Shown: in pieces, positions 31,614-46,553 of the stretch
How positions within the stretch are numbered: the first letter of the stretch is position 1
How the letters are laid out: each line of letters begins with the position of its first letter
Assembly (NCBI RefSeq): GCF_009914755.1
Contig: NC_060932.1
DNA from: the human T2T-CHM13v2.0 reference genome, Homo sapiens
DNA: 64,000 nucleotides
Direction: 5' to 3' (one strand)
Position numbers and translations under genes: made by a program
Notes under the pieces: generated by a model
Database searches by the model: none
What the model was told of the DNA's origin: nothing
Seen by the model: only the letters and a program-made list of their open reading frames with translations

Positions 31614-33702
31614 AATGGTGTCATAACTGAACAAGCTGATCCAGTTCCTAACAGGCAGAATTTTATAACCACTGCCTTTTGGCTTAGTACTCTCTAGTCC
31701 CATACTTTTATGCTGAAACAAAGAGGGTATGTTGACCTGGGGTTATGTCCCACAGATTACCAAAGGTAAGGGCTGCCTATAGTCATCCTGCTACTCAACA
31801 GGGACCCATCTATTAAAGAAAGAAGTCCCCAGGAGAAATCCAGAGACCTTTGTAAAGTCTTTAAGGGGCTGGAAACCTGCCCCCTCATTCTGACCTTGCC
31901 GTCCATCAGCTTTATATGAGAGACTGTGAATGCTATACCACTTCAAGAAGTGCTCCAGAAATCCTCCGTCATTCTAAGAAAAAACAGTAGCCACCTTGAG
32001 ATGGCATATGGTATTTTAGAACAGAAATGACTGAATGCCACCGCAGAGAAAGGGATGGCATTGTGGGAAGGAGAAAAAGGAGGAAGTGTGGGTAGAGCAG
32101 ACAGCTGGACTCTCCGTAGGACTGGGTCACTGACAGGACTTGATAATGGTTTGATTCACTTTCTATATTTGCTAATATCTACTTGGTGTGAAGCACTGGG
32201 CTTACAAAAGTGAAATAAACAGTATCCACTCTTAAGAAGCACATATTCTAACCAAACATACTGAAGTCGGAACAGATCAGTGGACAAGGTCAGCTGTGCT
32301 AAGAGTTAATCCTAGGCTGTAACCTTAAGAACTGAAACCAGAGTTGGTTAATAAAGTCAAATAAATCAGTAGAGAAAAAGCTGAGGGCAACTGGACTCAG
32401 GAAGCAAAGAAAGTTATAGATACATGGTATCCTAGGGGTATGATGAGTGAACTTCAAGAACCCCCAAATGTTTGAAGTGTTACAAACATTTCTATACAGG
32501 CTCCCCCACTCCCATTTTTGGAGGAGGTGGAAATAATGCATAGTAATTTAACAGATTATCTGAGGCAGCAGTCTCCAAAATTTTAAAGCACTTATTATCT
32601 TATCTATTAACTTTATCTATCTATCTATCTATCTATATACACAAACACTCTATGGAAAATAAATAAAACTAGGATCAAAAAAATTAAAGTTAAAAATAAA
32701 TACAAGTAAAATCTTCAAGTTTTATTTTTCTATTTCCAGTGGTTCTTCTTGCACAGCCCACTTGAATCCTGCTCTAAGGTGTCCTAACATTAAAATAAAG
32801 ACATTTAAAAATACCACTGATGGGGAGAAGAGGGTGGAAAACCTCTAAAAAGTTTGAAAAACCACACCTCAAATAGAAATGAGCTGAGGCCAACCACCAA
32901 AATCCTTAAAGTCACTTCCACAAAGTTTTTCTCCAAAAATGAATTTGGAGAATTTTCATTGTGAGACAAAGAAAACATTAAACTGAATAATGATGTTTCT
33001 ACAGATTGCAGGTAATCTATGTTCTGCTTTTACCTTCAAATTGTCCTCTTGTATGTTATTATTATTTAAAAATCCCTTTAAATGTTTGCAAGATATAAAT
33101 TCTCCTTAAAAACTTAAAAGTTTCAGAAAACTAATCTGTCTAAATGGGTCTTATTTTCTATTTTTCTTACTATAACATCACAAAATTAAAAATACTTGAT
33201 TTAGGGGGAGATTATGTGTGGCAATTTCTTTAACACTGAGTGCTTCTGTAGTACATTCAGTTACACGCATAAAAATTTTTCCCTCCCATTCCACATTCTC
33301 AGGTCTAGAAAAATATTTATCTTGTCACCTTTACCATATATTAAAAACATGAAGAGATAACTAGTCATTAATTACTGACAATTAGCCAATGCAATATATT
33401 AAAATCTTTATCAAACTAGTATATTGAAGACAAAAAGTTTACATGTGCGAGATTTATAAAATACTAAAAACTTTTATTAATAATAAACGTACTGCTATTA
33501 TTACATCATTACAGCAACTAAAGACTTACTAGTTAAGATCTGGCAGTACAAGTAGGACATTAAAAATAAGGCAAAAAAAGGGAAAGTTTCCCACAAATAT
33601 GACAAAATGTTCTTTCTCAATACAAAATAATTCAAAAATTGATATAAAAATACTAAGTTGACAACAAAAACAAGAGCCAATAGAAACAACTCACAGAAGA
33701 TA

Positions 33703-34584
33703 CAGGAATGCCTTGCTTTATTGTGCTTTTCAGACACTGCATTTTTTTTACAAAATGAAGGTCTGTGGCAACTGCACCTAGCAAGTCTACTGGCACCATT
33801 TTCCCAACTGCATCTGCTCACTTCTTATCTCTATGTCACATTTTGATAACTGTCACAATATTTCAAACTTTTTAATTATTGTATTTGTTATGGTGATCTG
33901 TGATAGTGATCTTTAATGATACTATTGTAATTGTCTGGGGCGCCATGAAACTTGTCCACATAACACTCAAATTTAATCAGGAATTCCTTCTTACTGATGA
34001 GCAAAGAAAGTGGTTTCCGGAGTTGAAATTTACTCCTGGTGAAGATGCTGTGAACACTGCTGAAATGACAACAAAGAATTCAGGATGTTACATAAACTTG
34101 GTTGATAAAGCAGGGTTTGAGAGGACTGACTTCAATTTTGGAAGTTCTGCCTGTGGATAAAAATGCTATTAAACACTATCACATGCCACAGAAAAATCTT
34201 TCATGAAAGGGAAAGTCCATCAATGCAGCAAATGTCATTGTTATCCTATTTTAAGAAATTGCCACAGCCACCCAACCTTCAGCAACCCCCACCCTGATCA
34301 GTCAGCAGCCATCAACTGAGGCAAGACCCTCGACCAGCAGAAAGATTACAACTTGATGAAGGCTCAGAAGACTGTTAGCCTTTTTCAGCAATAAAGTATT
34401 TTTAAATTAAAGTGTGTACATTGTTTTTATTAGACATAATGCTACTGTACACTTAATAGACTACAGTACAGCGCAAACATAACTTTTATATGCATGGGGA
34501 AACCAAAAGATTCACGTGACTTGCTTTATTGTGATATTAGCTTTACTGTGATAGTCTGAACCCACAATATCTGAGGTATGCCTA
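33703..34584 (+). mobile_element. Internally deleted Tigger1
   Basis: TA-flanked TIRs caggaatgcctt / gaggtatgccta; ORF 33900-34160 (LLTDEQRKWFPELKFTPGEDAVNTAEMTTK...) is Tigger1 transposase. Confidence 0.9.
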
Positions 34585-35429
34585 TAGATAGAGCAGGTAA
34601 TTAATAACAAACATATATTACAAGTTTAATATTTAAAAAATTCCAGAAATGGAAACTAAATATATTGGAAATATAAATTGGCATCATCTTTCTGGAAACA
34701 AATTTGACAGTATGCTTTGATCTAGTAATTACATTAGGAAATGATTTCAAAATTCAAGATTTATGCACAAAAATCATCACAATATTTTTACATAAAAAAT
34801 ACTTGATTAAAATATTCTAAAATGTTAATAGTGGTTATCTCTCAGTGGAAGAACTATGGATGGTCTTTACTTCTTTACATTTTTTCATATATTCCATGTA
34901 TTTTATAACAAGCATACATTAACTTTAGTCCAAAAAAAATTCAGGTTACTTTTTAAAGGTTCTGTTAGCAAATATCACCCAGTTCTTCTTATAGAAACAA
35001 ACAATGAATGTTTGCTATTTCTATTCCAATGGACAGGGCTCCTATTCTAATTCTGGATTTATACCTCCCACTTACCAAGAACATCAGCCTCCACACCAGC
35101 ATAGCAGAGGAGCTTTAGTTAGAGAGAGATCTAAGTTTAAATCCTAGAAATACCACTTATAGCTGTGTTACTTTGGGCACCTTACTTTTCTAAACTTCAA
35201 CGCATTCTTAAATAAGACTTGCATATATTATATTTATATATTTAGAGTTAAGATAGTTCCAATATTACAAAGGGCAATTCAGAAAGGGTATAAAGATGAA
35301 GGTGGAATCTTGGAGGAGGTAGGTGGGAAGAATACAATTTGGGATTCATCCAAAGGAAAGTTATGGTGACATATGCTCTGACATGGTATGCATGAGATTA
35401 AATGAGTAAGTTTTTCTTTATTCTTTTGT

Positions 35430-36350
35430 AAAGAACACTTACTATGTGATGTACACTAGGGACACAGTAGTGAATAGGGTAAACAGGACTCCTGTTGGCT
35501 GACCACATATTCAATGGCGGTGAAGGTGGGGGGTGAGGCGGAGATGAATGCCAGGTAGAGACATACAAATCAAATTAGTGAGGTGTGTCATAAATAAAAC
35601 GAAGTGTAACAGGTAATGGGATAGATGGGGGATGGGTGCTATTTTGAAGAGGATGGTCAAGGAAGGCTCCTCTGCAAAGACTGGGCTGACACTTGAATGA
35701 CATGGAGCCATGGGAAGAGCCTGAGTCTGACAAAACAGCCAATGCAAAGACAAAGACCAGAACAAAGCTGGCATATTCACAAACAGCAGGAAGACCACTG
35801 TGAAAGGCCAAGAGATTGAAGAGGTAGCAGGAACCAGATCACATGGGGCCATATCATGAAAAGGAGTTTGAATTGTGTTTTACTGTGATGAGAACACACT
35901 GATGTTTTCAATAGACTGACACAATCTTACTGCATCTTAAAAATTACTTCAACCAAATTGTGGAGGTAGAATTCTAGTGACAGGAGGCTATTGCAGCCGG
36001 CTAAATATGCTTTGAACTAGGTAGGACTGATAGCACTGCAGTGGCAGAATAAAACAGAATTCCTATGGAGGCTGGTTTCAACTCTATCTTTGAAACCAAA
36101 CACAAAGATCTCACTTCGTAAAACATCCCAGGTTCTCCTAGCTTCAGGTGCCATCACTTAACTTCATATAACATTCTAGTGAAAACATGTATCAAAATGT
36201 ATTGCAACTGTCTATTTACAAAGCTGCTTTTTCTACTGAGTCAAACCCCAAGAATGAAGGCAGGAACAATGTCTTATTTATCTCTGTAATACCTAGCAGA
36301 GTGCCTGGCATGTAAGTGCTCAGTAAATTTGATTGAAAGAATGAACAAAT
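35430..36350. mobile_element. L2 fragments
   Basis: ggtcaaggaaggctcctctg...; agagtgcctggcatgtaagtgctcagtaaatttgattgaaagaatgaa. Confidence 0.65.
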
Positions 36351-36374
36351 AAATTTGAAATAATCAAAACCATC

Positions 36375-36811
36375 TGTAATAGTTTCCTAGGGCTATTAAC
36401 ACAGTACCACAAATCGGGTGGCTTAAAACAACAGAAATATATTCTCTCATAGTTCTGGAGGCTGAAGGTCCAAAATCAAGGAGTCAGCAGGACCATGCTC
36501 CCTTTGAAGGCTTTAGAGGAGAATCGTCCTTGCCCCTTTCTAGTTTCTGATGTCTCCCAGCAATCCTTGGTGTTCTTGGCTGGTGGCTGCATCACTCCAA
36601 TCTCTGCCTCCATCTTCACATGATTTTCTTCCTTGAGTGTGTCTGAGTTTCTGGGACTCCAGAGATACCACTCATTGAATCGAGGGTCTGTCTTAATCCC
36701 ATATATTCTCATCTTAACTACATTTGCAAAGACCCTTACTCCAAATAAGGTCACATTCTGAGATTCCTGGTGAACAAGAATTGTTGGTAAACACTATTCA
36801 ACCCCACTACA
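36375..36811 (-). mobile_element. MLT1 solo LTR
   Basis: tgtaatagtttcctagggct...attcaaccccactaca; near-perfect 5-bp TSD ccatc/ccatt. Confidence 0.85.
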
Positions 36812-37245
36812 CCATTAAACACCACAATGCATTGCCTTACCAAGTGGTAACCTTCCCGCTCCAAAAGTGTTCCATAAGGCTGAATAGTCAAAATCAGAAA
36901 CATTCAACAGAAGAGATTTCTGTATTGCCTTTGTGTGTCCTTTAACCTCTCTTGTTTCAGCCTACTGATCTGTATGTTATGAGAAGTTTACAGGCTCTTC
37001 TAATGGTAATATTCTATGATCTTAAGCCGTAATTTTTCTTGACAACTTTTTAGATTTTACGAACGTATTAGGCATATAGAGACCCTCAAATATTTTAGTA
37101 AATTTAAATATAACAGAAAGTTTATTTTCTCAGCTTTGAAGTAGGTAGAATGTTTTTTGTAAACTAGCCACCATAACACTCACTTTAATTTTCTTCATTT
37201 TTCATTAAGAATGCAGCATATTCCTCCAAACATTATAACACTATA

Positions 37246-37571
37246 CAGTCATGTGCCAAATAACCACATTTTATTCAATAATGAATAGCATGTATAACAG
37301 TGGACCCATAACATTATAACACTGTATTTTTAGTGTATCTTTTCTATGTTTAAATGCACAAATACCATTGTGTTACAACTTCCTACATATTTAGTACAGT
37401 AACATGCAGTACAGGTTTGCAGCCTAGAAGCAATAGGCTATACCACACAGCCTAGGTGTGTGGTAGGCTATGCTATCTAGATTTGTGTAAATATGATGTT
37501 CACACAACGACGAAATCGCCTAATGATGCATTTATCAGTATGTATCCTCATTGTTAAGCGACACATGACTC
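37246..37571 (-). mobile_element. Tigger3a-like MITE
   Basis: TA-flanked cagtcatgtgcc...gttaagcgacacatgact. Confidence 0.8.
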
Positions 37572-38566
37572 TACTTTCATTTTAACAGACTATACCTCTG
37601 AACACCTTCTATGTGCCAGGCACACAGGGCTATGGCAGTGAATAACCCACTTCCAACTCACATACTTGTAACTCATTAGATTATTAACTAACTAGACCTC
37701 AGTCTCTTCATAACTTAAAAATTCCACTTATATGATACTCTAACAGACATGTTACTTTTTTAAAGGGACTATTTCAAAAAATAGCTTTGTCGATTTCTGA
37801 AATAGATATATTTTCATTGTTTAAAAAAAAAAATCAGAAAAGTAGGAAGATGGTAAAAATTACCAGAAATCTCACTACCCAAAGATAGGCACTGTTAACA
37901 TTATACTGAATAACCTTCCAGATTTGGATGTTTTCACACATTGATATATAATATCTTCCATGATTTTATCCAAAAATACAGATGTAGAAAGCAGCATTAA
38001 ATGGCTGTTAAATTGACAGGCATGCCATTTTGCAACTAGTTTTTTTCCCCCAAAGTTGTTATGTGTATCTTTCTATGACAAATATGGCTATTTGGCATCA
38101 TTTTATTGGATACAGAGTTTTCTGTTGAATTAAAATACCCATAATTTATCCAATCCCCCACTGATAAACACTGAAATGAATTAAAATATCTATCATTACC
38201 AATGTTGCAAATTGTTACCAAAAACCTGTATACATATATCTTAGCAAAGTTTTGCAATTGCCCCTTTGGACAAATTCCAGGACTGCAGAAATGGTAGTAT
38301 CTACATTTAAAATTTTCATCTGTATAGCATAGACCTTCTGTCCTCTCAAAAGGTTGACTCAAATGATACTCCAACTCCACATATAAGATTACTCATTTTC
38401 TTATATCCTTCCCAACAGTGGATTTTGTCAGTCTTCACCAATATGAAAGTACTCTTCTGCCAAAACAAAACAAAGCCAAACCACCTTTTATTTGCATTTC
38501 CTTTATTACTAGATAAGCTATACATGTTTTGCTACATTTATATTTCTTCTTGGAACTGCTTGAGAC

Positions 38567-38640
38567 TTTTGCTAATTTTCTACCGAGTAGTCTTATATTC
38601 GAGTATTTTGCTAATTTTCTACTGAGTAGTCTTTACATTC
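38567..38640. repeat. 2-copy tandem duplication, 39-bp period
   Basis: ttttgctaattttctaccgagtagtctt / ttttgctaattttctactgagtagtctt. Confidence 0.85.
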
Positions 38641-39574
38641 TTGGGTATTTGATTGTATTATCCTTGTTAAAAGTAAAGAATCTTTTCATTTTACTTTTTA
38701 GAATAACTTCATTGTTTTTCTTAAAATATATATTCACTATGAAGAATTTACACAAAAAGTAAAATTTTAAAAAAATTTAAATTACTAAAAAATTCCACTA
38801 CTCACCATTTCATACATAACAGTGCTAGAGAGTGAGCTCGCTGTATGTTATGATATTAACTTTTGTTCCCCAAGGTGAAAATGGCTTCATTCATAAGTTA
38901 ATTTTTAAAGGCAAGTAAGATATGTCTTTCTTTATAAAAGGTTAAGTTGCACATAAATCACATTTCAACAAATCAAATGCTATCTTCCCAAATGACCCAT
39001 TATACTTCTGATAATGGCTTTGCTTTATCTCTGATTATATGTTAATTAAAAGTAACTCAGATATTTTCAGAACTGAGTGTGTTTGTACTCTTAACTTTTT
39101 CAAACGATTACTGGGCCATAAACAGATGGCTTCAATGTATTAAAGAAGATATGCCACCCAAATAATGTCCATTAAAGAAAGACGGCAACTGAAAGAATTC
39201 CTACAGCTCAATCCTTTTATAAGGAAGCAGGGAATATAGTGAGAAAAGCAACAGATTAAAAGTTGGAAGAACTAAATTTAAAGCCGTAACTTCTCCACTT
39301 TCTTACTGTGTGATCTGGGACAAATCACTCAATCTTCTGAGCCTCAGCTGCTAAATTTCTAAAATGTTGGGAATGGAATTATTTATAAAGTCCCTTTCAA
39401 GCATTGATATTCTGATTCCACAGAGTGATGAAGTATGGAAACCCAGAACTAGTAACAATCAAAAACCTAGAAAAAAAATGACAGATGAATAAGGTATTAT
39501 TTCTGTATAGCTATGGAGAGCAGCAAAATACAGCAACAAGGCAGCAACAAGTAACAAAGGGAATATAGTAAACC

Positions 39575-40858
39575 AGCAGTCCACAAATTGGGTCATGTAT
39601 ACCCCTGGAAGCATATCAGCATGGAGAGTAAAGAGAATTGATGATTAGGTTCTCACTTTCCATCTGTACAGTTTTCTAGAACCATTGTGTTGACACAGCA
39701 TGTCTGTTTTCCTTTACTTCCACTTCCTCTTTCCCTTTACCTCATTCCCCTCTGCCACTTCATAAAAGAAAACCGTAACTCTCACATTTTCTGAAACTTG
39801 CTGTCGAGTACTGTCTTTGGGCTAAAAATATCCAGGTGGACAAAAGGACACTTCAATATATTCATGTTGAGAAAGTTAATTACTCTAAAAACACTGAAAC
39901 CTTTTTCTTTCTTTTTTTTTTAACATTTATTTTAAGTTCAGGGTTCTTTTTCAAATCAAGGTGTCACCACTTCCATGAAAATGAAAGGAGAATCAAATCC
40001 AGTTGCTACCTGACAAAGCATTAAGAATAATTTTGATTATGGATTATTTTGTTGTTTTATGCATACAACCTAGAAGAATGGGTGCTACTGCTAATATAAA
40101 GCACTTTTTAATGACCATCTACTAAATTCGTAAGTGAGGTTTCTCAACACTTTCAAATATTAAAGTAAAAAAGGAACAGAATCAAGCAGAACCCCATCTT
40201 TTCTAATATTTAGAAATGGATAAAATAATTGAAATAAATCAGCCCCATCTATCCCACTGAAAACGCATTTCTGACAAAATTTTACTTTAATACTTATTAA
40301 AATTTGTAATTAACATATGTTGTTTTGATTGTCTACTGGACATGACTGAACTGATAACTCAGTCCAAAATAAATCTGACACAGAGCATTATGGACATACA
40401 CAATTTTCGTATTTTTGTATTATAACTGTCCATAGAACTCAGAACTGAGTGACCATTAAAATAAAGCACTTTTTATTCCCATCTACTAAATTCATGAATG
40501 AATTTCCTTTTGTTGCAGAAAAATATAACATGATTGATAAAAATGCTTTCCAGCATAAAAGAATACATTAGGATAATATGTAGAGAAAGTAAAACAAAAA
40601 TAACAGTTCAAAGAAAAAAAAAGACTATAAAAAATTCTGTTAAAATTAACTTTGTTCACATATTTTTTAATGAATGAACTGTTAAAAATCCCCTCATATA
40701 CATTTAAAATTGTGATTTGAACAACACTACCAGAAATTACATCATTTATATATATTAAAACTTAGATGAAAAACTCAAGATGTGGGAGAAGGTACACAGT
40801 TTTTTTGTTGTTCAAGTTCTTTGAAAGGCTGTATGAGCAAAATGTTTGAAAACCCTTA
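39575..40858. mobile_element. Degenerate hAT-Charlie element
   Basis: Ends cagcagtccacaaa...tacccctgg and aaatgtttgaaaaccc; relic resembling the hAT dimerisation motif near 40090-40150. Confidence 0.5.
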
Positions 40859-42201
40859 TACTAAAGGTCAGAATATATCATTAGTGCTAACCTTTCTACT
40901 GGACATCCTCATCTGGATGTTCAGACACTTGAACTCTACATATTCGAAGTAAACTTATCTACCCCCCTCTACAAATGCACACATTTGTTTTTGAAAGAAG
41001 AAAGAAAAACAAACCTGCCTCTTCTTCCTATTTGCATTTTTGTTCCTAGCTTCACAATCTACCTGGTCTTTCCAAACTAAAACAGTAGGAATACTTTTTA
41101 CCTCCCAAAGCAAATCACTTCCTAGGACCTAACTCCTAACTTTCTCTCTTCCTTCCACCACTGCCATTGTTGAAGATCTCTTCACCAGCTGTCATCAAAT
41201 AGCTCTTCTTCAAAACAATAACTATACTTAATTTTACCTCCCAGGATCTCTCATGGAAAGTAAAATTACTTTACAATAATCAGAGCTATGCAGGTGTACC
41301 TGTCATGCATATATATGACTTACCAAAAAAAAAAAAAATCACAGAATCACGAAGGTGGAAGAAATCAGTCAAACCCTTGGAGACTATCCTTATCTAAATA
41401 CCTTTCAAGCTGCTGTCTCAACAGTCACTGGTTGAGAATTTATAAACTCATGAGCTGCCCACCCTTTACGAACAGCTTTGCCAAAGATCTGGGTCCAAAT
41501 ACAACTCACTTGACTTATTATTCCTAAATTAATTTGGTTAAAAAAGAGATTCATGTTAATACAAGAATATCAATAAAGTTACATACAATTATAAAGAAGT
41601 TAAAAATAACTTATAATTTCACCACCCAGCAATAGCTTCAGTTAGCATTTTGGGATACATCTAGCTTTCTCTTTATTTTTTGGCACGCATGCATGGTATA
41701 TAGATATGTATGTATTCTGTTATTTGTTTTTTAAACACAATTAAGATAATCTGTAGATACTCTGGGGTTTTTCTTCACTTAATTATGTTGCTAGCATTTC
41801 TTCCATGTGATTAAAGATTCCTCAAATTCTTCAAATCATTTTAGTGGATATACAATATAGAAATAATACTAGAATCCATTGAGCCATTTGTAAACTATAT
41901 TTTTATATATCCTTTAAATTTTTCAAGGCATTTAAGTGCTAACATAATACAGAAACAATGAAAAATACTATACTACATAATACTATAATCTACTTCATCA
42001 TTTGTAAATTATGTTTTCAATTTTTCACAGTGATAAATAATGGGATGAATAAACTTGAAGATTAACCTTTATCTACATTTTTAGTCATGTCCTCAGAATA
42101 GATTCCCAAAAGCGAATTATCAAAAATACTAATTTAAGTATTAATTTTTAAAATCTTACTAGCATTGTGTACATGTAACCTTCAAGCTATAAACTCACTT
42201 T

Positions 42202-42460
42202 GGCTGCAGTGTAGTAGCACGATCACAATTCACTGCAGCCATGACCTCCTGGGCTCAAGAGATCCTCCCACCACAGCCTCCAGCTTAGCTGGGACTACAA
42301 GCACGTGTCACCATGCCTGGCTAATTTTTAAAATTTTTTTTGCAGAGACAGGATCTCTCTGTGTTGCCTAGGCTGGTCTCAAATTCCTGAATTCAAGCAA
42401 CCCTCCCACCTAAGCCTCACAAGTGTTGGGATTACAGGCATGAACCACCATGCCCAGCCA
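42202..42460 (-). mobile_element. AluJ (partial)
   Basis: Reverse Alu lacking its tail end. Confidence 0.82.
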
Positions 42461-43341
42461 GTATCACATTTTTTAGTATGCATTTCTTTGATTACCAGCA
42501 TGGTTAAACACCAGATCTCCTTATTTCCTACTGTTCCTAGCTATTGGTACTTATTTTACCCTCTGAGGTAACGTCCTTTTCCCATGTGGCAAAAGGAAGT
42601 AGAAGAGAGTACACAGGCTTTAGAGTCAGCATGACCTAGAGTTTAACCCATTTCCACTACTTAATTGTGTTACCTTGGACAAATGACAGCTTTAAACTTA
42701 TATCTTCTCCAAATTAGAGACGCTTAACACAAAGTAGGAAGAGTGCACAGCAATCAACAACACACAACCAATCGAAATCTATAACATATTAACCCTCTTT
42801 TTCCTTTTATTCACATGGCAGTCCTTTAAATCCTGGAAGACAGCAATGCTCTGTCCCCTCTCACCAACTCTCCATCTCCATCTCTATCCCTGCTGGCTAA
42901 AATCTGAGACTTTTTTTCTCCAGAGAAGTGGTTTCAAATCACCTTACCAACCTGCTCATTATCTTCAGAGAACAATTTAGCTGAGTTATACCCTCCTAGA
43001 ACATGGCATTTAGAACAAAATACTCCAGATAGGATTTGAAAAGATCAGAATGAAAGTTATTACTTCAAATAACTACATCAAATAATCAGTCAAATGTGTT
43101 TTCCTAATCCACATCCATAAGACAACAAGATTTATAATTTGTAAACTCAAAATTCTAACTGCAGTCCACTCATCTTCCCTGATTAGGCAGGCCAGATTAA
43201 AAGTGAAGGTCTTGGAGCACAACAGGCCTTTCTGGAAGTTCATATAATACCTTGAGCAACTTAATGTCTGGAAACTCAGTTTATTCTTTGGTAAAAATGA
43301 GAGTAATACTACTTAATCTCACGGAGTTTTTGTAAAGATCA

Positions 43342-43661
<320 letters not shown>

Positions 43662-43709
43662 TTAAAAGTATCTGCCATATAGGAGTTACTCCAAAAACAG
43701 AAACAAATA

Positions 43710-44170
43710 CAGTTGACAATTCAATATGGGTTTGACCTGCAAAGGTCCCCTTACAAGCAGATTTTTTTCAATAAATATACTAAGAAATTTTGTGAAGATT
43801 TATGAAAATTTAAGAAAACTTGCAAAGCATCACCCCTGAGACAGACCAATCCCTCCTCTTCCTCCTCAGCCTACTCAACATGAAGATGATGAGGTTCATG
43901 AAGACCTTTACAACGATCCACCTCCCCTTAATGAATAGCAAACTCTTACTTCTGATATTCTTAATAACATTTTCTTTTCTCTAGCTTGCTTTATTGTAAG
44001 ACAGAATATAATACATACACAAAATTTGTGCTAATCAACTGTTTATGTTATCAGTAAGGCTTCTCACCAAGAGTAGGCTATTAGTAGTTAAGTTTTTGAG
44101 GAGTCAAAAGTTATATGTGGATTTTTGACTGCACGGGGAGTTGCAGCCTGCATTGTTCAAGGGTCAGCTG
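43710..44170 (+). mobile_element. Tigger2a-like MITE
   Basis: TA-flanked TIRs cagttgac... / ...gttcaagggtcagctg. Confidence 0.82.
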
Positions 44171-44627
44171 TAATTATAATTGTTACTAAAGCAAAACTAC
44201 TGCATCTTTATTAAGAACCACTTGCCAAGTACTTTATATGGTCCTGAACTACACTTTGTTCTACTCAAAATTCTGATAAGTAAAGCAGACTTTGCTGAAA
44301 TTTAGTTACCCAGTTAACAACTAATTTTCTCCCCCAAATTCTACCCTGACTTGCCTTGGTCTTCTCCATCTCCCTCTAGCCATCACTTTCTGAAAATGAA
44401 GAGCCATCCCTACCAGCAGGTGGAGGCATGGAGCAGTGTTCCAAAATTGCTACTCAAAGAAAATTATAAGCAGGAGATGCTTCAGTGTCAACCATACAAT
44501 CATTGGCACAGTCCCTTCCCTTATAAAAGGAACCTACCAGCAGCCAAAATAAAGCCCTGCAAGTTTAGAAGGCTCATCTACAAATCTAGTTTTTGTTCCT
44601 CTCCTCATATGCTGATCCTATGAACAC

Positions 44628-44659
44628 TACCTGAATGCAAATATACCTGAATGCAAATA
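44628..44659. repeat. Perfect 16-bp tandem duplication containing octamer motifs
   Basis: tacctgaatgcaaata x2. Confidence 0.92.
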
Positions 44660-46367
44660 TGCAAAAGTATCACTTATTTGTGAATAACCTTTTGAAAAGC
44701 ATGTTTGGCAACAATATAAAAAAATCAACAAAGTCTATGTTACTTTTAGGCAAGAATAAGCCATTTAAATGTGGAAGAGAATAAATTCAAAATTGTCTCT
44801 CAATTCAAATTAACCATAAAAGATAAGCAACTTCACAGCCAGAATTTAAGTTTTGAATTATTTTTAAATTAGAAGATTCAAAATGAATTGGAGTTTTTTG
44901 TAGTGAACACAGGGAATTTAAGAATGTCTAGATCTGAAAAGATCTTTAGTCAAGAGACTTCTAACAAAATCAGAAATAGATTTTACATAAACACATAAAT
45001 GTGATCCATAAAGTCAAACAAAGAAAATTAAGAAAACAAAGAAAAGTAAATTCCTTAAGAGGGCCTGCATGCAATAAGGCTTCTTCATCATCTAAATTTA
45101 CTAGGTCTTTAATCCAGTTAAATGACTGTTAACGATCTTAGACAAAAATGAGACAGAACCTAAGTTTTGTCCACTCCCCCTTTCTTCAGCTCTTCTTTTC
45201 CCAAACTTGCCCCTACATTCATCCTCAGAAAACAACACAATTCTCTATAACTGCTCTGGTCAATAGTGAAGGAAGAGGAGGGAAGAGAAAAGAAGAGAAG
45301 AGTTGAAAATTGCCTCAAAGAGAATGAAGGGCACCTCTCCCTCTTTCCACCCAAAGTGAGCTCCCTCTCTTCCTAACTTCTGTGAAGGGCTTAATATTTT
45401 ACCTCTTGCAGACTTTGGTGTTTAAGAAGGAATTCCTGGGTAGACAGCATGTACAGCTGATGGAACTCTAGGCATAGCAACAAAGCAGTAAAATCTCGGC
45501 ATATAAATCACATCTCCTAGACTGAATGTGTTCCTGACAACCTATAAACTAGCAATTTGAACACCCTGTTAGAACTACACTCCCACTCCAAATACACTAT
45601 GGATTTACATTAATATTATGTTTGAGCATGTATCTGAAATATAAACATATATTAGCTCAGAAGTGAAAGCTAAAGTATGGTAGTATTAAATTTAAATCAA
45701 AGTATGAAGCATTTCTGAAAACAGAAATGAAGCCAAGGTCCCAACAAAACAGGTGTTTTGAGAATACACAGGTAGGAAGGTCTCATAAATATAACCACTT
45801 CCCTTGGGGTATCCCACTCACTGGCCACACTAGTCCCTGTATCAGCTTCTGTATCTAAGTTTGCAAAGAGGCAACTATTATGCTAACAGTAATTTGGAAT
45901 AATGCACATTTATATACTGATGTTGGGTACACAAGAGCCCTTATAAACAAGCACGGGATATGCAAATAAAATTTCACAAAAGAGCAAATACAAATAGCAC
46001 AAGCAATACTTCAGAAAGCACACTCTTGCTTACTGCAATTTAAAACAAACTCAGTGTACCACACTGCATCTACTATAGTAGCAAAATGTTTATAAAATGT
46101 CTAATAATATATGATTGGAGATGAAACAGACAGGATCACCTATTTTGGTAATATCAAAGGATAGATCCTTTTGTGAATTTCAAAAGATGTTCTTACCTTT
46201 TGACCCAACCTAGTGATTTTAAAGACTTTATCAAGCATGCATGAAGGTATTTATTAAATGAAGTTTTGCATACATCAACGAAAACCTAAAAACAAAAATG
46301 TTCAACATTCAGAGAATGTGTTGCTCATAGATTAACATGACTTCACTCTAGTTTATTGACAATACCT

Positions 46368-46553
46368 CTGCTCTGCCAATTGAAAAGCTGCTAGCCATAT
46401 GTAGCTATTTAAATAAAACTGAAGTAAAAATTCATTTCCTCAGTCATACTAGCCACATTTCAAGTGCCCACTAGCCACATAAGGCTAGTGACTATCATCA
46501 GATAGTGCAAAAACATTTCCATCATCACAGAAAGTTCTACTGGACATCTCTGA
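46368..46553. mobile_element. MER3-like hAT MITE
   Basis: cagtcatactagccacatttcaagtgc...atttccatcatcacagaaagttctactggaca. Confidence 0.75.

Noticed and set aside
37229-37323. 14-bp match aacattataacact between the flank and interior of the Tigger3a-like element
   Set aside because: Short and AT-rich; not a TSD (Tigger duplicates TA); likely chance or trivial.
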